Shown in pieces: positions 52,014 to 61,635 of a stretch of 64,000 bases of DNA; position 1 is the stretch's first letter; the number at the start of each line of letters is the position of its first letter. The stretch is from Actinomycetota bacterium (GTDB taxonomy: Bacteria > Actinomycetota > Actinomycetes > S36-B12 > UBA5976). The translations under genes and the position numbers were made by a program. Location of the stretch: NCBI GenBank assembly GCA_041192345.1, contig JBEEND010000002.1, positions 29,568 through 93,567 on the forward strand, given 5' to 3'. The notes under the pieces were generated by a model that worked only from the letters and a program-made list of their open reading frames with translations, was not told where the DNA came from and made no database searches.

Positions 52014-52556
52014 CTAGTTGGAAAGAGATTCTAGAGATTGGTCGGCCAACGCAAAACGGGCTGGGGGCTTGGCGAACCCAGCCAAGTGGCAAAACCGGAC
52101 TAGAAACTGCTCACGAATCTCGAGGCAATCACGCACGGCATCAGTGTGAAACTGGTGGCTCATCTGGATTCGAGTGCTGACTTGGGCTAACTCATCGAGC
52201 AACGAAGCTGCCAAGGCGATGCTTCGGATTTCGTTGACTTCATCCTGGTCCCCCAGAGTCATTTCCAAAATTTCACTTAATTCATCCTCAACTTGGGTTC
52301 GGGCTGGTGAGGCAACTTCTGCCAAAATCAAAACTTCGTGAGCTGCTTGTCCCCACAGCACTGACAGTGCTGGATCGATCCCCGGCACTGCAGCTAGTTC
52401 TGCAACAATGCCACCGCGACGAAGTAATTGCCCATGAAGCGCCAACTCAGCAACATCAATTCGATGATGCAGGCGGTCCAATCGGCCAGCTTGATTTGAT
52501 AAGTACCAGATACAAAATGCAACAAAAGCGAGAATGAAAATATTTTGACTACTCAT
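52014..52556 (-). CDS. Hypothetical membrane-anchored protein (weakly LemA-like)
   Basis: One N-terminal TM followed by a helical acidic domain. 4-nt overlap with the pimA stop suggests co-translation. No confident family assignment. Confidence 0.5.
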   Translation of the reverse strand: MSSQNIFILAFVAFCIWYLSNQAGRLDRLHHRIDVAELALHGQLLRRGGIVAELAAVPGIDPALSVLWGQAAHEVLILAEVASPARTQVEDELSEILEMTLGDQDEVNEIRSIALAASLLDELAQVSTRIQMSHQFHTDAVRDCLEIREQFLVRFCHLAGFAKPPARFALADQSLESLSN

Positions 52557-53743
52557 AGTTCACCGCGAGGTTCTGGTGTGATGCGACCACGTGCAAGTCT
52601 TCCCATAAATTGTCCCGTCAAGTCTGGTTCAACTTTAACGCCGGGGACGCGCACCGATTCATAAACATTAACGATTTCATTTGCCACGACATTCCAATTA
52701 AACTCGTTTGCTCGGAGTCTTCCTTGATGTATCAATTGCGTGCGCTTTGCTTCATCATCGAGTAGTTCGCAAATCACTTTGGCCAAATCGTCAGAATTTT
52801 CGTTTTCAAATGTAATTCCCGCACGCCCAAAATCTAGAACGCGCTTAAAAGCCTCTAGATCACTTGCTACTACTGGTGTACCACTTGCCATGGCTTCCAA
52901 TAAAACTATTCCAAAAGATTCGCCACCCGTATTTGGTGCCACATAAATCGTGCCCGAAGCAAGCACACTTGATTTATCTTGTGGCGCGATCATGCCAAGC
53001 ACCGTGACACTTGCTCGATCAACTTTAGAAAGCTTTTCTAAAGTCTCTGCTGGCTCACCTGGGCCGGCGATCAGCAATCTAACATTTGGAAACTTTTTTC
53101 GAATCTGCGGATAAGCATCAACTAAAATCTTCAGTCCTTTACGTGGCTCGTCGCCACGACCCAAAAACACGATCGACATGCTTGGTCCTGGCCAGCCAAA
53201 CATTGGAGTTGCGTTAGTAAACATAGAAACATCAACACCATTTGGAATCACCACTGCGTCCCCGCCTACGTGCTTTATTAAGGTAGCACGAGCGGCCTCG
53301 CTAACTGCTATCCGAGCAGAAACTTTTTCCATCGCAGTTTGCCCGAGTTTTGATAGCGTCAACATCATTCGGGAGCGATCCATTGCAGAATGCCAAGTCG
53401 CAACGATCGGTCCGTTAGCTGCCCAGCAAGCTAATACTGACAAACTTGGCGAAAGTGGTTCGTGCACATGTAGCACATCGAATTCACCTTCTTCAATCCA
53501 CTTCGAAACTTTGCGCGCAACTAGCGGGCCAAAACTAAGTCGAGCTGTTGACCCGTTGTATTTAACGGCTCGCGGCTTTCCAGTTGAAACCACAAAATCG
53601 GGAAGTAGTTCATCAAACTCCGCAGGTGCTAACACGCTCACAAAATGCCCCATCCGAATGAGTGCCTGCGCTAAATCATTTACGTGCGCGCTAACTCCAC
53701 CTGGAATGTCCCAGGAATATGGACAAACAATTCCGATTCTCAT
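52553..53743 (-). CDS. pimA: Phosphatidylinositol alpha-mannosyltransferase (GT4)
   Basis: MRIGIVCPYSWDIPGGV, EPRKGL, GESFGIVLLEAMASGTPVVASD. ATGA overlap with the upstream acyltransferase stop. Confidence 0.85.
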   Translation of the reverse strand: MRIGIVCPYSWDIPGGVSAHVNDLAQALIRMGHFVSVLAPAEFDELLPDFVVSTGKPRAVKYNGSTARLSFGPLVARKVSKWIEEGEFDVLHVHEPLSPSLSVLACWAANGPIVATWHSAMDRSRMMLTLSKLGQTAMEKVSARIAVSEAARATLIKHVGGDAVVIPNGVDVSMFTNATPMFGWPGPSMSIVFLGRGDEPRKGLKILVDAYPQIRKKFPNVRLLIAGPGEPAETLEKLSKVDRASVTVLGMIAPQDKSSVLASGTIYVAPNTGGESFGIVLLEAMASGTPVVASDLEAFKRVLDFGRAGITFENENSDDLAKVICELLDDEAKRTQLIHQGRLRANEFNWNVVANEIVNVYESVRVPGVKVEPDLTGQFMGRLARGRITPEPRGEL

Positions 53744-54657
53744 TTGTTGGCCTGGGAGTTCGCATCTAAGTCTGGCCAAATTGGTTGCAGTTGATGCCAG
53801 TTAATTGAATGAGCAGTGATGTGTGTTTCAAAATTACTTAAAACTTGAGCAGTGACTTCCTGAGCTCGGCGCAGGCGTTCCCGACCCTGTACTGGACTTC
53901 GGTCGAATTCAATTTCGTTATCAAAAGTAATCACCATAGTTTCGCCGTCATACCAAGGTGCACAAGTAAAAAGTGGTCTGCCAGTATCAAGTGCCAACAA
54001 TGCTGGGCCGATTGGAATAGAAGCGCGATGTCCAAAAAATTCGTTGCCCATCCCACTCTTTGCGACATCACGATCGCCTAGAAGGGCAACCAACTCTCCG
54101 TGATTAATGTGATCTCGAAGAAATTCATATGTGCCACCTTCGCCTGTTAGCGGCATGAGTTTTACTCCAAGGGCAGCTCGCATAGCTAAGAACTTTTGGA
54201 AAACACCTTCTGGTCTTAATCGCTCGGCGACGGAACACACTGAGCCAAAATAAAGTGCAGCCCAGGCACCAGCTAGATCCCAATTTGCCAGGTGTGGCAG
54301 AGCAAGCACTGCGCCACCAGATTTCAACGCAGTTTCCAGCGGTTCAACATTCACAGCCTGCACAGTTCGCAGAATTTTTTCCTTACTCCATCGTGGGAGT
54401 AAAAAAGTTTCGCAGTAATAGCGCATGTAACTCTGCATGGCAAGCATACTTAATTCTCGAATTCGCGGATCAGATTCTTCGTAACCATGCACTCGAGCTA
54501 AATTCAGTTCTAGTTGACGAACTCCCCTGATGTCCCGTTTCCAGACAATGTGCGCACTCTTATCAAAAAACCAGTACGAGAATCGAGTTGGAAGCCGCCA
54601 AAAGAGGTGCCAACCAAGCCAGTACGAAGCATCTATCGCGGTGGATTTGAGATTCAT
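53740..54657 (-). CDS. Phosphatidylinositol mannoside acyltransferase (LpxL/HtrB family)
   Basis: HLANWDLAG acyltransferase motif. Conserved position between the PI-synthase gene and pimA. Confidence 0.8.
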   Translation of the reverse strand: MNLKSTAIDASYWLGWHLFWRLPTRFSYWFFDKSAHIVWKRDIRGVRQLELNLARVHGYEESDPRIRELSMLAMQSYMRYYCETFLLPRWSKEKILRTVQAVNVEPLETALKSGGAVLALPHLANWDLAGAWAALYFGSVCSVAERLRPEGVFQKFLAMRAALGVKLMPLTGEGGTYEFLRDHINHGELVALLGDRDVAKSGMGNEFFGHRASIPIGPALLALDTGRPLFTCAPWYDGETMVITFDNEIEFDRSPVQGRERLRRAQEVTAQVLSNFETHITAHSINWHQLQPIWPDLDANSQANK

Positions 54658-55262
54658 GAAACTAACTGTTTACGAACGTAAACAATTCTCTGGATCACGG
54701 TAATTGTAGAAACAACCGCAAGAATTACAAATGCATAACTCATTACTTCAGTAACCAAACTTGTGATAATTAGTGATATCCAAATCAATATATTTCGCTC
54801 TGCGCGTTCTGCTATCCCGATTGTGCATTTTGCGTTTAGGGATTCAGCCTTTGCGCGAGCATATGAAGTCATTAAGCCCATAACTAAGGCAACAACTCCA
54901 GCGCTTACTACTAAATTGCTATTGGGCAAATCGTTATTCGCGTAGTAAAAACAAATTCCACAAATTACTGCGGCATCGGAAACTCGATCCAAAGTGGAGT
55001 CCAGAAACGCGCCCCACGCCCCCGATGTTCCAAGCATTCGAGCCATGGTGCCATCGAGTAAATCGACCAGACCAAAAACGCCAAACAATAACGCGCCGAG
55101 TAAAAAATCACCTTGCGCTAGAAAAGCCACAGAAATCACTAACATGGCGCCAGCGCCAAACCAAGTCAAAGCATCCGGAGTAACCCGAGCCTTGATTAGA
55201 AGTTTGGCAACAGGATCAACTAAATGAGCCAAGGAACTCCGAGATTTTGGGTTATCGAGCAC
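54654..55262 (-). CDS. pgsA1: CDP-alcohol phosphatidyltransferase (phosphatidylinositol phosphate synthase)
   Basis: DLLDGTMARMLGTSGAWGAFLDSTLDRVSD. GTG at 55262 is preceded by AAGGAGG at a 5-nt spacing and is preferred over the GTG at 55277. Confidence 0.8.
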   Translation of the reverse strand: MLDNPKSRSSLAHLVDPVAKLLIKARVTPDALTWFGAGAMLVISVAFLAQGDFLLGALLFGVFGLVDLLDGTMARMLGTSGAWGAFLDSTLDRVSDAAVICGICFYYANNDLPNSNLVVSAGVVALVMGLMTSYARAKAESLNAKCTIGIAERAERNILIWISLIITSLVTEVMSYAFVILAVVSTITVIQRIVYVRKQLVS

Positions 55263-55301
55263 CTTGGCCTCCTTCACTACATATTGACCACTACGATTCG
55301 T

Positions 55302-56318
55302 ATGGATATGTCGATGTTACCCAGTGCCAGTGCAGAGTCTGGGCAGCCGCACGTCTTGATCTATTTGATTACGTCAGACACTGCAGACTTAAATCAACTT
55401 TGTGCCAATTTAGGCGCACAACTCGATTCAACTTCCCCAACTGTGATGAAATTCCCAGCAATGCCAGGGGTTGCGATTGTCACTCATTCGCAATCCCAAA
55501 TTGACGCTCGAATTGTCCAATCATGTGACGCTCTGGTGGTGGCCCTGGACGGTAGCAGTGGAGTTGGCCGCGAAACCTTCACAATCTGGCAACAAGCGCG
55601 GGACCAATCCTTGCCTAGGCACTTTCTCGCCACAAACACTGTTCATGGCCGAGCAGATTTTGACGAACTTAGCGCCATTGCTATCCGCACTATGGAGCCA
55701 GATCTTATGATTCGGTACTTACCCATTGACTCAGATGATGAATCCTCACTGGCTGGAATCTACGACTTATTGACCAGCGAAATTCAAACAGGCACGGCGC
55801 CCAACTGGATTACGGTTTCTGCCGATCCTGAGCACATCGCAATAACTAGCACCGCTCGAGAAGAGTTGTTTGATCATTTGGCGTATTCCGGCTTAGACGA
55901 CGCAACATTAGCTAACCATCAAGCTGGGCTGCCAATAAGTGTTACCAAACTGGAGTCAGCGTGGTTACATCCTGATGTTGTTTCGATCACGCCGATGGAT
56001 TTCAAAGTCGGCATTAAAGTTTTTTCTAGTTGGATTGCAAACTTAGAAGCAATGTGGCTGCCGAGTTTGGTGGATGCTGACACAACAACTGATGTGGCGC
56101 ATACGCAAGAACGCATCGGAATCGCGGTCACTGAAGAAATTGTTCGAATGTGGGGCGCCCAGAATCAAGACGAACTGCTGATGATCAAAAATGGTGAAGT
56201 ATCTAGCGTTGACATTAAGTTAGATTCGCCCGCGATCATTATCGCTAGTGGACTTTCGCCTGGCGCTACTTTGCGAAATTCAAAAAGCTCTTCGCTGTTA
56301 TTTACGCCAGCTTTCTGA
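55302..56318 (+). CDS. EF-G-like protein, truncated (G-domain plus domain II only) with degenerate GTPase motifs
   Basis: Colinear by eye with the EF-G G-domain: DALVVALDGSSGVGRETFTIWQQARDQSLPRHFLATN against [37 protein letters not shown], and LAGIYDLL against FSGIIDVL. G1 (GxxxxGKT) is absent, G3 DTPG becomes AMPG, and G4 NKMD becomes NTVH. Start uncertain (ATG at 55302, 55308 or 55314). Confidence 0.5.
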   Translation: MDMSMLPSASAESGQPHVLIYLITSDTADLNQLCANLGAQLDSTSPTVMKFPAMPGVAIVTHSQSQIDARIVQSCDALVVALDGSSGVGRETFTIWQQARDQSLPRHFLATNTVHGRADFDELSAIAIRTMEPDLMIRYLPIDSDDESSLAGIYDLLTSEIQTGTAPNWITVSADPEHIAITSTAREELFDHLAYSGLDDATLANHQAGLPISVTKLESAWLHPDVVSITPMDFKVGIKVFSSWIANLEAMWLPSLVDADTTTDVAHTQERIGIAVTEEIVRMWGAQNQDELLMIKNGEVSSVDIKLDSPAIIIASGLSPGATLRNSKSSSLLFTPAF

Positions 56319-56816
56319 AAGCATTTCTCTAGTTCTTTCAATTAATTCCGGTAACACTTTAGTGCCGCCAACTATTGGCATGAAATTTATGTCGTGTGAC
56401 CAGCGCGGAACTACGTGTTGATGAAAATGATCTGCAACGCCGGCGCCGGCAACTGAACCCTGATTTAACCCAATGTTGAAACCCTGGGCGTTACTGACCG
56501 TTCGCAAAGTACGCATGGCTTGGGCAGTAAGTTCACCAACTTCGCGCATTTCATCAGGATTCAATTCATCAAATGTTGCAACATGACGATTTGTGCAAAC
56601 CAAAATGTGCCCGCTGTTATATGGATACTTATTCATGACGACAAAGGCATGAGTCCCGCGGACCACAACTAAACCAGTGGCATCATCAACTGCTTGCGCA
56701 ATACAAAAAGGACACGAATCTTTGTCGTAATTCCCGGCTTCTTCAACTAGGTATTCTTTACGATGCGGCGCCCATAATCTATCCCAAGCCTGTGGGCCGC
56801 GTGGGTCAGTGCTCAC
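56298..56816 (-). CDS. HIT-family protein (Ap4A phosphorylase-like)
   Basis: Histidine triad HFHQHVVPRW. Conserved position next to thrS. Confidence 0.85.
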   Translation of the reverse strand: MSTDPRGPQAWDRLWAPHRKEYLVEEAGNYDKDSCPFCIAQAVDDATGLVVVRGTHAFVVMNKYPYNSGHILVCTNRHVATFDELNPDEMREVGELTAQAMRTLRTVSNAQGFNIGLNQGSVAGAGVADHFHQHVVPRWSHDINFMPIVGGTKVLPELIERTREMLSESWRK

Positions 56817-56825
56817 TGAATAAAC

Positions 56826-58832
56826 CTAGATCTGCTCACGAGAGGCAACTATCTCTACAATTTTTGCAATGGCCTGCGCAATTGGAACGCCATTTTCTTG
56901 TGATCCATCCCGGTATCTAAATGAAACTGCTTTAGCTGCGATATCTTCATCCCCTGCAATCAACATAAAGGGTACTTTTTGGGTTTGCGCTGTACGAATC
57001 TTTTTTTGCATCCGTTCATCGGATGCGTCAACTTCAACACGAATTCCCTGCGTTCGTAATTGCGCAGCAACATCATCCAAATAGTCAATATGCACGTCAG
57101 CAATCGGGATTCCAACAACTTGAACGGGAGCTAACCATGGTGGGAAGGCGCCGGCATAATGCTCAAGTAGCACACCAAAGAATCGCTCAATCGATCCAAA
57201 CAACGCGCGATGAATCATAATCGGACGCTCGCGGGTACCCTCTGCGCTTTGATACTCAAGTTCAAATCTTTGTGGCAATTGGAAATCGACTTGAATTGTG
57301 GACATCTGCCAAGTGCGTCCGATGGCATCTCGTGCTTGCACCGAAATTTTTGGTCCATAAAACGCAGCGCCACCTGGATCTGGAACTAACTCAAGTCCAG
57401 ATTGCTGGGCAGCTTGGGCAAGTGCTGCGGTAGCTTGCTCCCATTCCTGTTCGGTACCAATTGATTTTTCCGGATTGCGCGTGGACAGTTCCAAATAAAA
57501 ATCATCTAGGCCGTAATCCCGCAATAAATCAAGAACAAAGCCAAGTAGGTTTTGAAGTTCGCCGCCCATTTGATCTGGAGTGCAATAAATATGCGCATCA
57601 TCTTGGGTCATGCCGCGAACTCTGGTTAAGCCATGGATCACTCCTGACTTTTCGTAACGATAAACCGAGCCAAATTCAAAAAGCCGCAGCGGGAGTTCCC
57701 GATACGAGCGACTGCGTGATTTGTAAATTAAGTTGTGGAACGGACAGTTCATCGGCTTCAAATAATAATCTTGACCCTGTCGCTTTACTGTGCCATCTTC
57801 GTGAAGTTCCTCGTCAAGATGCATTGCAGGGAACATTCCTTCGCGATACCAGTCCAAGTGTCCCGATTGTTCAAAAAGCGCACCCTTGGTTATGTGAGGC
57901 GTGTAAACAAACTGGTAACCCGCACTTTCGTGGCGAACTCGCGAGTAGTCCTCCATCTGACGGCGAATGACGCCACCTTTTGGATGAAAGACGGCTAGAC
58001 CTGAACCAATTTCATCTGGGAATGAAAATAGATCTAGATCGATGCCAAGCCGGCGATGGTCGCGCTTCTCGGCTTCTTCCAGCATATTTAGGTATTGCTT
58101 TAAACCATCTTTAGTTGGCCACGCAGTTCCGTAGACACGTTGCATGGACTCATTCTTTTGGTCGCCCAACCAGTAAGCAGCTGAAGTTCGCATCAGCTTT
58201 ATTGCCCGCGCATCAATGTATCGAGTGTCGGGCACATGCGGTCCACGACATAAATCGCACCAACGTAGCTCACCACTGCGCAAATCTATATTGTCGTAAA
58301 TTGTGAGCTCGCCGCCGCCAACTTCCATTACGTCCTCGGACATAACAGTTGCGTCATCATCGTCGCCAAGAAGCCTGATCTTGAATGGTTCGCTTTTTAG
58401 TTCTGTGCGTGCCGCTTCGCGAGTTGTGACACGTCTGGCGAACTTCTGACCAGAATTAACAATTTCCACACACTTTTTTTCAATAGTCAGCAAATCTTCA
58501 GGTGTAAAAGTTCGAGTAGTTCCAAAATCGTAAAAGAAACCATCTTTAGTTGGCGGACCAATACCAAGCTTGACGTCAGTGAAAACTGCTTGCGTGGCTT
58601 GTGCGACTATGTGCGCAACGCTGTGCCGCAAAACAGACAAACCAATTGGGTCTGAGATCAGAATTGGCTCAACGTGATCGCCATCGCTTAGTTCGTGGCT
58701 AAGGTCGACTACTTCGCCGTTTACCCGAGCGACAACAACTTGGCGAGCTTTATCTCCAACGGCGTCGTAAGCGCACGCACCGGGATCGAAGGTAGTGCTT
58801 ATTCGATCGGGTCCTACAAGTACGTTCAACAC
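56826..58832 (-). CDS. thrS: Threonine--tRNA ligase
   Basis: TGS-like N-terminus, HSVAHIV editing-domain motif, class II core (FRYE-like [22 protein letters not shown]), and a C-terminal anticodon-binding domain. GTG start. Confidence 0.95.
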   Translation of the reverse strand: MLNVLVGPDRISTTFDPGACAYDAVGDKARQVVVARVNGEVVDLSHELSDGDHVEPILISDPIGLSVLRHSVAHIVAQATQAVFTDVKLGIGPPTKDGFFYDFGTTRTFTPEDLLTIEKKCVEIVNSGQKFARRVTTREAARTELKSEPFKIRLLGDDDDATVMSEDVMEVGGGELTIYDNIDLRSGELRWCDLCRGPHVPDTRYIDARAIKLMRTSAAYWLGDQKNESMQRVYGTAWPTKDGLKQYLNMLEEAEKRDHRRLGIDLDLFSFPDEIGSGLAVFHPKGGVIRRQMEDYSRVRHESAGYQFVYTPHITKGALFEQSGHLDWYREGMFPAMHLDEELHEDGTVKRQGQDYYLKPMNCPFHNLIYKSRSRSYRELPLRLFEFGSVYRYEKSGVIHGLTRVRGMTQDDAHIYCTPDQMGGELQNLLGFVLDLLRDYGLDDFYLELSTRNPEKSIGTEQEWEQATAALAQAAQQSGLELVPDPGGAAFYGPKISVQARDAIGRTWQMSTIQVDFQLPQRFELEYQSAEGTRERPIMIHRALFGSIERFFGVLLEHYAGAFPPWLAPVQVVGIPIADVHIDYLDDVAAQLRTQGIRVEVDASDERMQKKIRTAQTQKVPFMLIAGDEDIAAKAVSFRYRDGSQENGVPIAQAIAKIVEIVASREQI

Positions 58833-58916
58833 GTGGATTCCTTGTCAAAGAAGATAATGACCCAATTCTAGGGGTGTATTAAGCCCTAGACATAAAGGCT
58901 GGACACCAGGAGCTCA

Positions 58917-59372
58917 TTAAATTTCGATGTTGAATAAGTTCTCAATCGGTTCCACCAGCGGTGCGAAACCTTGCATAGTCGCGCCCCATTTAGACCAGTA
59001 TGCATAGGCAAGAGTGATGATAACTATGGTCGTAACCAAAATTACCTTCATTCGCTTTTCGTGGAACTCCCGACTCGTGAAGAGTATCGCTAGTCGAGAC
59101 GTAAACGCTTTCAATGGATTCAGCAATCTCTGTGCCCAGGCATACTCAGTGGCAAGAATAATGAGGCCGACAAATACCACCGCCCAGCCAGGACCAGGGA
59201 ACAATAAGAAAAATAAACCAAGGCCAACTACTGTCAGTCCAACCACAAGAATCACGGTTCGCCAAGCAGTATCAAGTGTTCGGTTTGTGCGCACTGAATC
59301 TCGTCGGCCCATGTATTTGCGATACATCAGATCGGCCAGTGAAAGTTTCTTACCAGATTTATTTGGGCTCAT
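58917..59372 (-). CDS. PGPGW-motif membrane protein (hypothetical)
   Basis: FFLLFPGPGWAVVFVGLIILATEYAWAQR; 3-4 TM. Confidence 0.6.
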   Translation of the reverse strand: MSPNKSGKKLSLADLMYRKYMGRRDSVRTNRTLDTAWRTVILVVGLTVVGLGLFFLLFPGPGWAVVFVGLIILATEYAWAQRLLNPLKAFTSRLAILFTSREFHEKRMKVILVTTIVIITLAYAYWSKWGATMQGFAPLVEPIENLFNIEI

Positions 59373-60241
59373 GGGTTCATGTTTCTGGCGCGCTGTTGCC
59401 TAAAGATTGCCGCAAGTTTTAATGTCACTGCGCCGATTTCAAGTGTGCGATGACTGCCTAGTTGCAAAGCAGAATCCAATGAAGCCAACTCGGTTATTGG
59501 TAATACGTCTCTAGTAGAAGAAGTCAAGAACAATTCCTGCGCATCCCAAAGTTCGCCTGGGCTAACGTCACGTTCTTTAATTTCGATTCCTGATTCTCGC
59601 GCCCATGTAATAACCAAATCTCGCGTGATTCCCCGCAGCAGTCCACTTGCATCCGAAGGTGTGATCACAACCCCATTCGAGACTAAGAATACATTCGATC
59701 CAGTGCCTTCACTCAATCGCTTAGACGTATCGCAAAAAAGTGCTTCCGAAAAACCACGTGACTTTGCAGCCTCAAGTGCATAGGCATTCTCGGCATACGA
59801 AGTTGTTTTAAGACCGGCAAGTGGCGAATCTTCATTTCTAGTCCACGGCACTAGCAATGCTGAAGTTGAATCTGGCCACTTATCTTGGGCCGATATCGAA
59901 ACTACCAAAGTGGGTTCTGCATTTGTCCGATCAGAACCAAGTGGACCCGAACCGCTGGTTACAGTCACCCGCAATCTTCCAAAATCCATAGCTTTGTGAG
60001 CGCTGAGTACTTGATCTATTGCAGAGTTCAATTTAGTTACATCTGGTAGCGCAATACCCAGACCAGCTGCTGACTTAGCTAGCCGTGTCAGATGAAGATC
60101 CCGCGCGAATACTTCGCCGTCTAATACCAATAGCGTTTCAAAAACGCCATCAGCAACCGTAAAACCGTGGTCAAGAACGCTGACTTTAGCTTGCGTTACT
60201 GGAACGAGCTCGTCATTGACCCAGAAGTGCGTTGCCTGCAT
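59369..60241 (-). CDS. pabC: Class IV aminotransferase-fold protein (aminodeoxychorismate lyase-like)
   Basis: DHGFTVADGVFETL, GLKTTSY, EALF, LRGITR. Directly downstream of a PabB-like gene. Confidence 0.7.
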   Translation of the reverse strand: MQATHFWVNDELVPVTQAKVSVLDHGFTVADGVFETLLVLDGEVFARDLHLTRLAKSAAGLGIALPDVTKLNSAIDQVLSAHKAMDFGRLRVTVTSGSGPLGSDRTNAEPTLVVSISAQDKWPDSTSALLVPWTRNEDSPLAGLKTTSYAENAYALEAAKSRGFSEALFCDTSKRLSEGTGSNVFLVSNGVVITPSDASGLLRGITRDLVITWARESGIEIKERDVSPGELWDAQELFLTSSTRDVLPITELASLDSALQLGSHRTLEIGAVTLKLAAIFRQQRARNMNP

Positions 60242-60246
60242 ACCTC

Positions 60247-61311
60247 TTAGTCTAATTCCATTGCAGCGATATCAAGTAGTCGCGAAGCTTTGAGCGTCGT
60301 CTCGTGCCATTCACCAAGCGGATCACTATCCCAAGTTATTCCCGCGCCAGTTCCAAAATTAACTTGTCGTTGATCTGCTGTTTCACTTTGCCAAAACGTT
60401 CGAATTCCAACTGCTATCTGCGCAACGTTTTTATCAATGTCAATCCACCCGAATCCGCCGCAATAGATTTCTCTTGGCGCTTTCTCTAACCGATGGATAA
60501 CTTCAAGCGCACTGCTCTTGGGGGCGCCGCTTACCGATCCTGGTGGCGACATTGCCTTAAGAACTTCCTGCCAACTAATTTGGCTAGGTAATGTCCCTTC
60601 GACATCCGAGACTAAGTGCACAAGACCAGGATGTTGTTCGAGACGGAGTAGATCAGTAACTTGTACCGAGCCAGCCTCACAAACTTGGCCTAAGTCATTG
60701 CGAATTAAATCAACGATCATGATGTTCTCGGCTTGATCCTTGGCAAGAAGTTCCTCCGCTACGCGAGCGGTTCCCTTGATCGGACTCGAACGAAGTACTT
60801 GTCCATTTCGCGAGATAAATAATTCTGGTGATGCGCTGACAATTCGAACATCAATAGCAAATCCAGAAATAGATTTAGGGACAAGTAGTGCGCTCAAATA
60901 TGGAGCTGGATTATGTTGCGCAAGTAATTTGTAAAGACCTAATACATCAAGATCATTTGACAGTGGCGCCGACAAAACTCGACAAAGATTTGCTTGGTAA
61001 ACCCAACCTTTTGCAATGTCGGCTTTAATAGCCTCGACAGCTTCGGTGTACTGCGCCTGAGACATGGATGATTTCCAGCTATCAATGGTGACCCCTTGAT
61101 AGTTACCCAGTGTGTAAATTCCGAGTTCAGCTAAGACCCCAAAATCGAGGGGCTGCACATTGCCAAACCGAAATGCCGCAAATTCACCCTCAAAAGTTTG
61201 AGTGATTGCCCACCAGCCACCGCTGCTTAATCGATTGACGTCAGTGGTTGCTTCGATCAAATCAGTTGCCATTTGATTACCAAAAAGTGCAATGGCATGG
61301 CCCTGAGTCAT
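60247..61311 (-). CDS. pabB: Chorismate-binding enzyme, aminodeoxychorismate synthase component I-like (short form)
   Basis: SPELFI, DLIRNDL, PPGSVSGAPKSSALEVI, REIYCGGFGWID. 354 aa, so it lacks most of the usual N-terminal region. Confidence 0.7.
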   Translation of the reverse strand: MTQGHAIALFGNQMATDLIEATTDVNRLSSGGWWAITQTFEGEFAAFRFGNVQPLDFGVLAELGIYTLGNYQGVTIDSWKSSMSQAQYTEAVEAIKADIAKGWVYQANLCRVLSAPLSNDLDVLGLYKLLAQHNPAPYLSALLVPKSISGFAIDVRIVSASPELFISRNGQVLRSSPIKGTARVAEELLAKDQAENIMIVDLIRNDLGQVCEAGSVQVTDLLRLEQHPGLVHLVSDVEGTLPSQISWQEVLKAMSPPGSVSGAPKSSALEVIHRLEKAPREIYCGGFGWIDIDKNVAQIAVGIRTFWQSETADQRQVNFGTGAGITWDSDPLGEWHETTLKASRLLDIAAMELD

Positions 61312-61343
61312 GTCAGTAGTTTACGAAGTTAAATTGCCTGACT

Positions 61344-61372
61344 TTGAACCCACGCCTTAATTGGGCTAAGGT
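61344..61372 (+). promoter_or_regulatory. Candidate promoter for the tRNA cluster (TTGAAC-17 nt-TAAGGT)
   Basis: Hexamers at 61344-61349 and 61367-61372, about 25 nt upstream of tRNA-Gly. Sequence match only. Confidence 0.4.
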
Positions 61373-61396
61373 AACGGGGTCAGGTTAAGCCTGCAT

Positions 61397-61468
61397 GCGG
61401 ATGTGGCTCAGTGGTAGAGCATCACCTTGCCAAGGTGAGGGTCGCGGGTTCGAATCCCGTCATCCGCT
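61397..61468 (+). tRNA. tRNA-Gly (GCC)
   Basis: GCGGATG..GCTCAGTGGTAGAGC..anticodon loop TTGCCAA..GGGTTCGAATCCC..CATCCGC-T. CCA not encoded. Confidence 0.9.
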
Positions 61469-61495
61469 CGGAAGAGCTCGTAATTGGGCTACCAC

Positions 61496-61566
61496 GGTGG
61501 AGTGGCCGAGAGGCGAGGCAAGGGACTGCAAATCCCTGTACACGGGTTCAAATCCCGTCTCCACCT
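61496..61566 (+). tRNA. tRNA-Cys (GCA)
   Basis: GGTGGAG..anticodon stem-loop AGGGA-CTGCAAA-TCCCT..ACGGGTTCAAATCCCGT..CTCCACC-T. Confidence 0.9.
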
Positions 61567-61635
61567 CGTAATTGCATCGAGATAATAATTAAGATTGAGC
61601 AGTTAGCACGAAGAATAACCGTAGTTTTCTACAAC

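Noticed and set aside
53178-53804. A long antisense ORF of 208 aa opposite pimA. Similar cases are 28160-28612 opposite aroC, 2193-2642 opposite pafA, 33215-33652 opposite alaS, and 35855-36280 opposite aspS/rarA.
   Set aside because: All lie fully within strongly supported housekeeping CDS on the other strand. They have the Ser/Ala/Arg/Pro-rich composition typical of antisense frames and have no start context.
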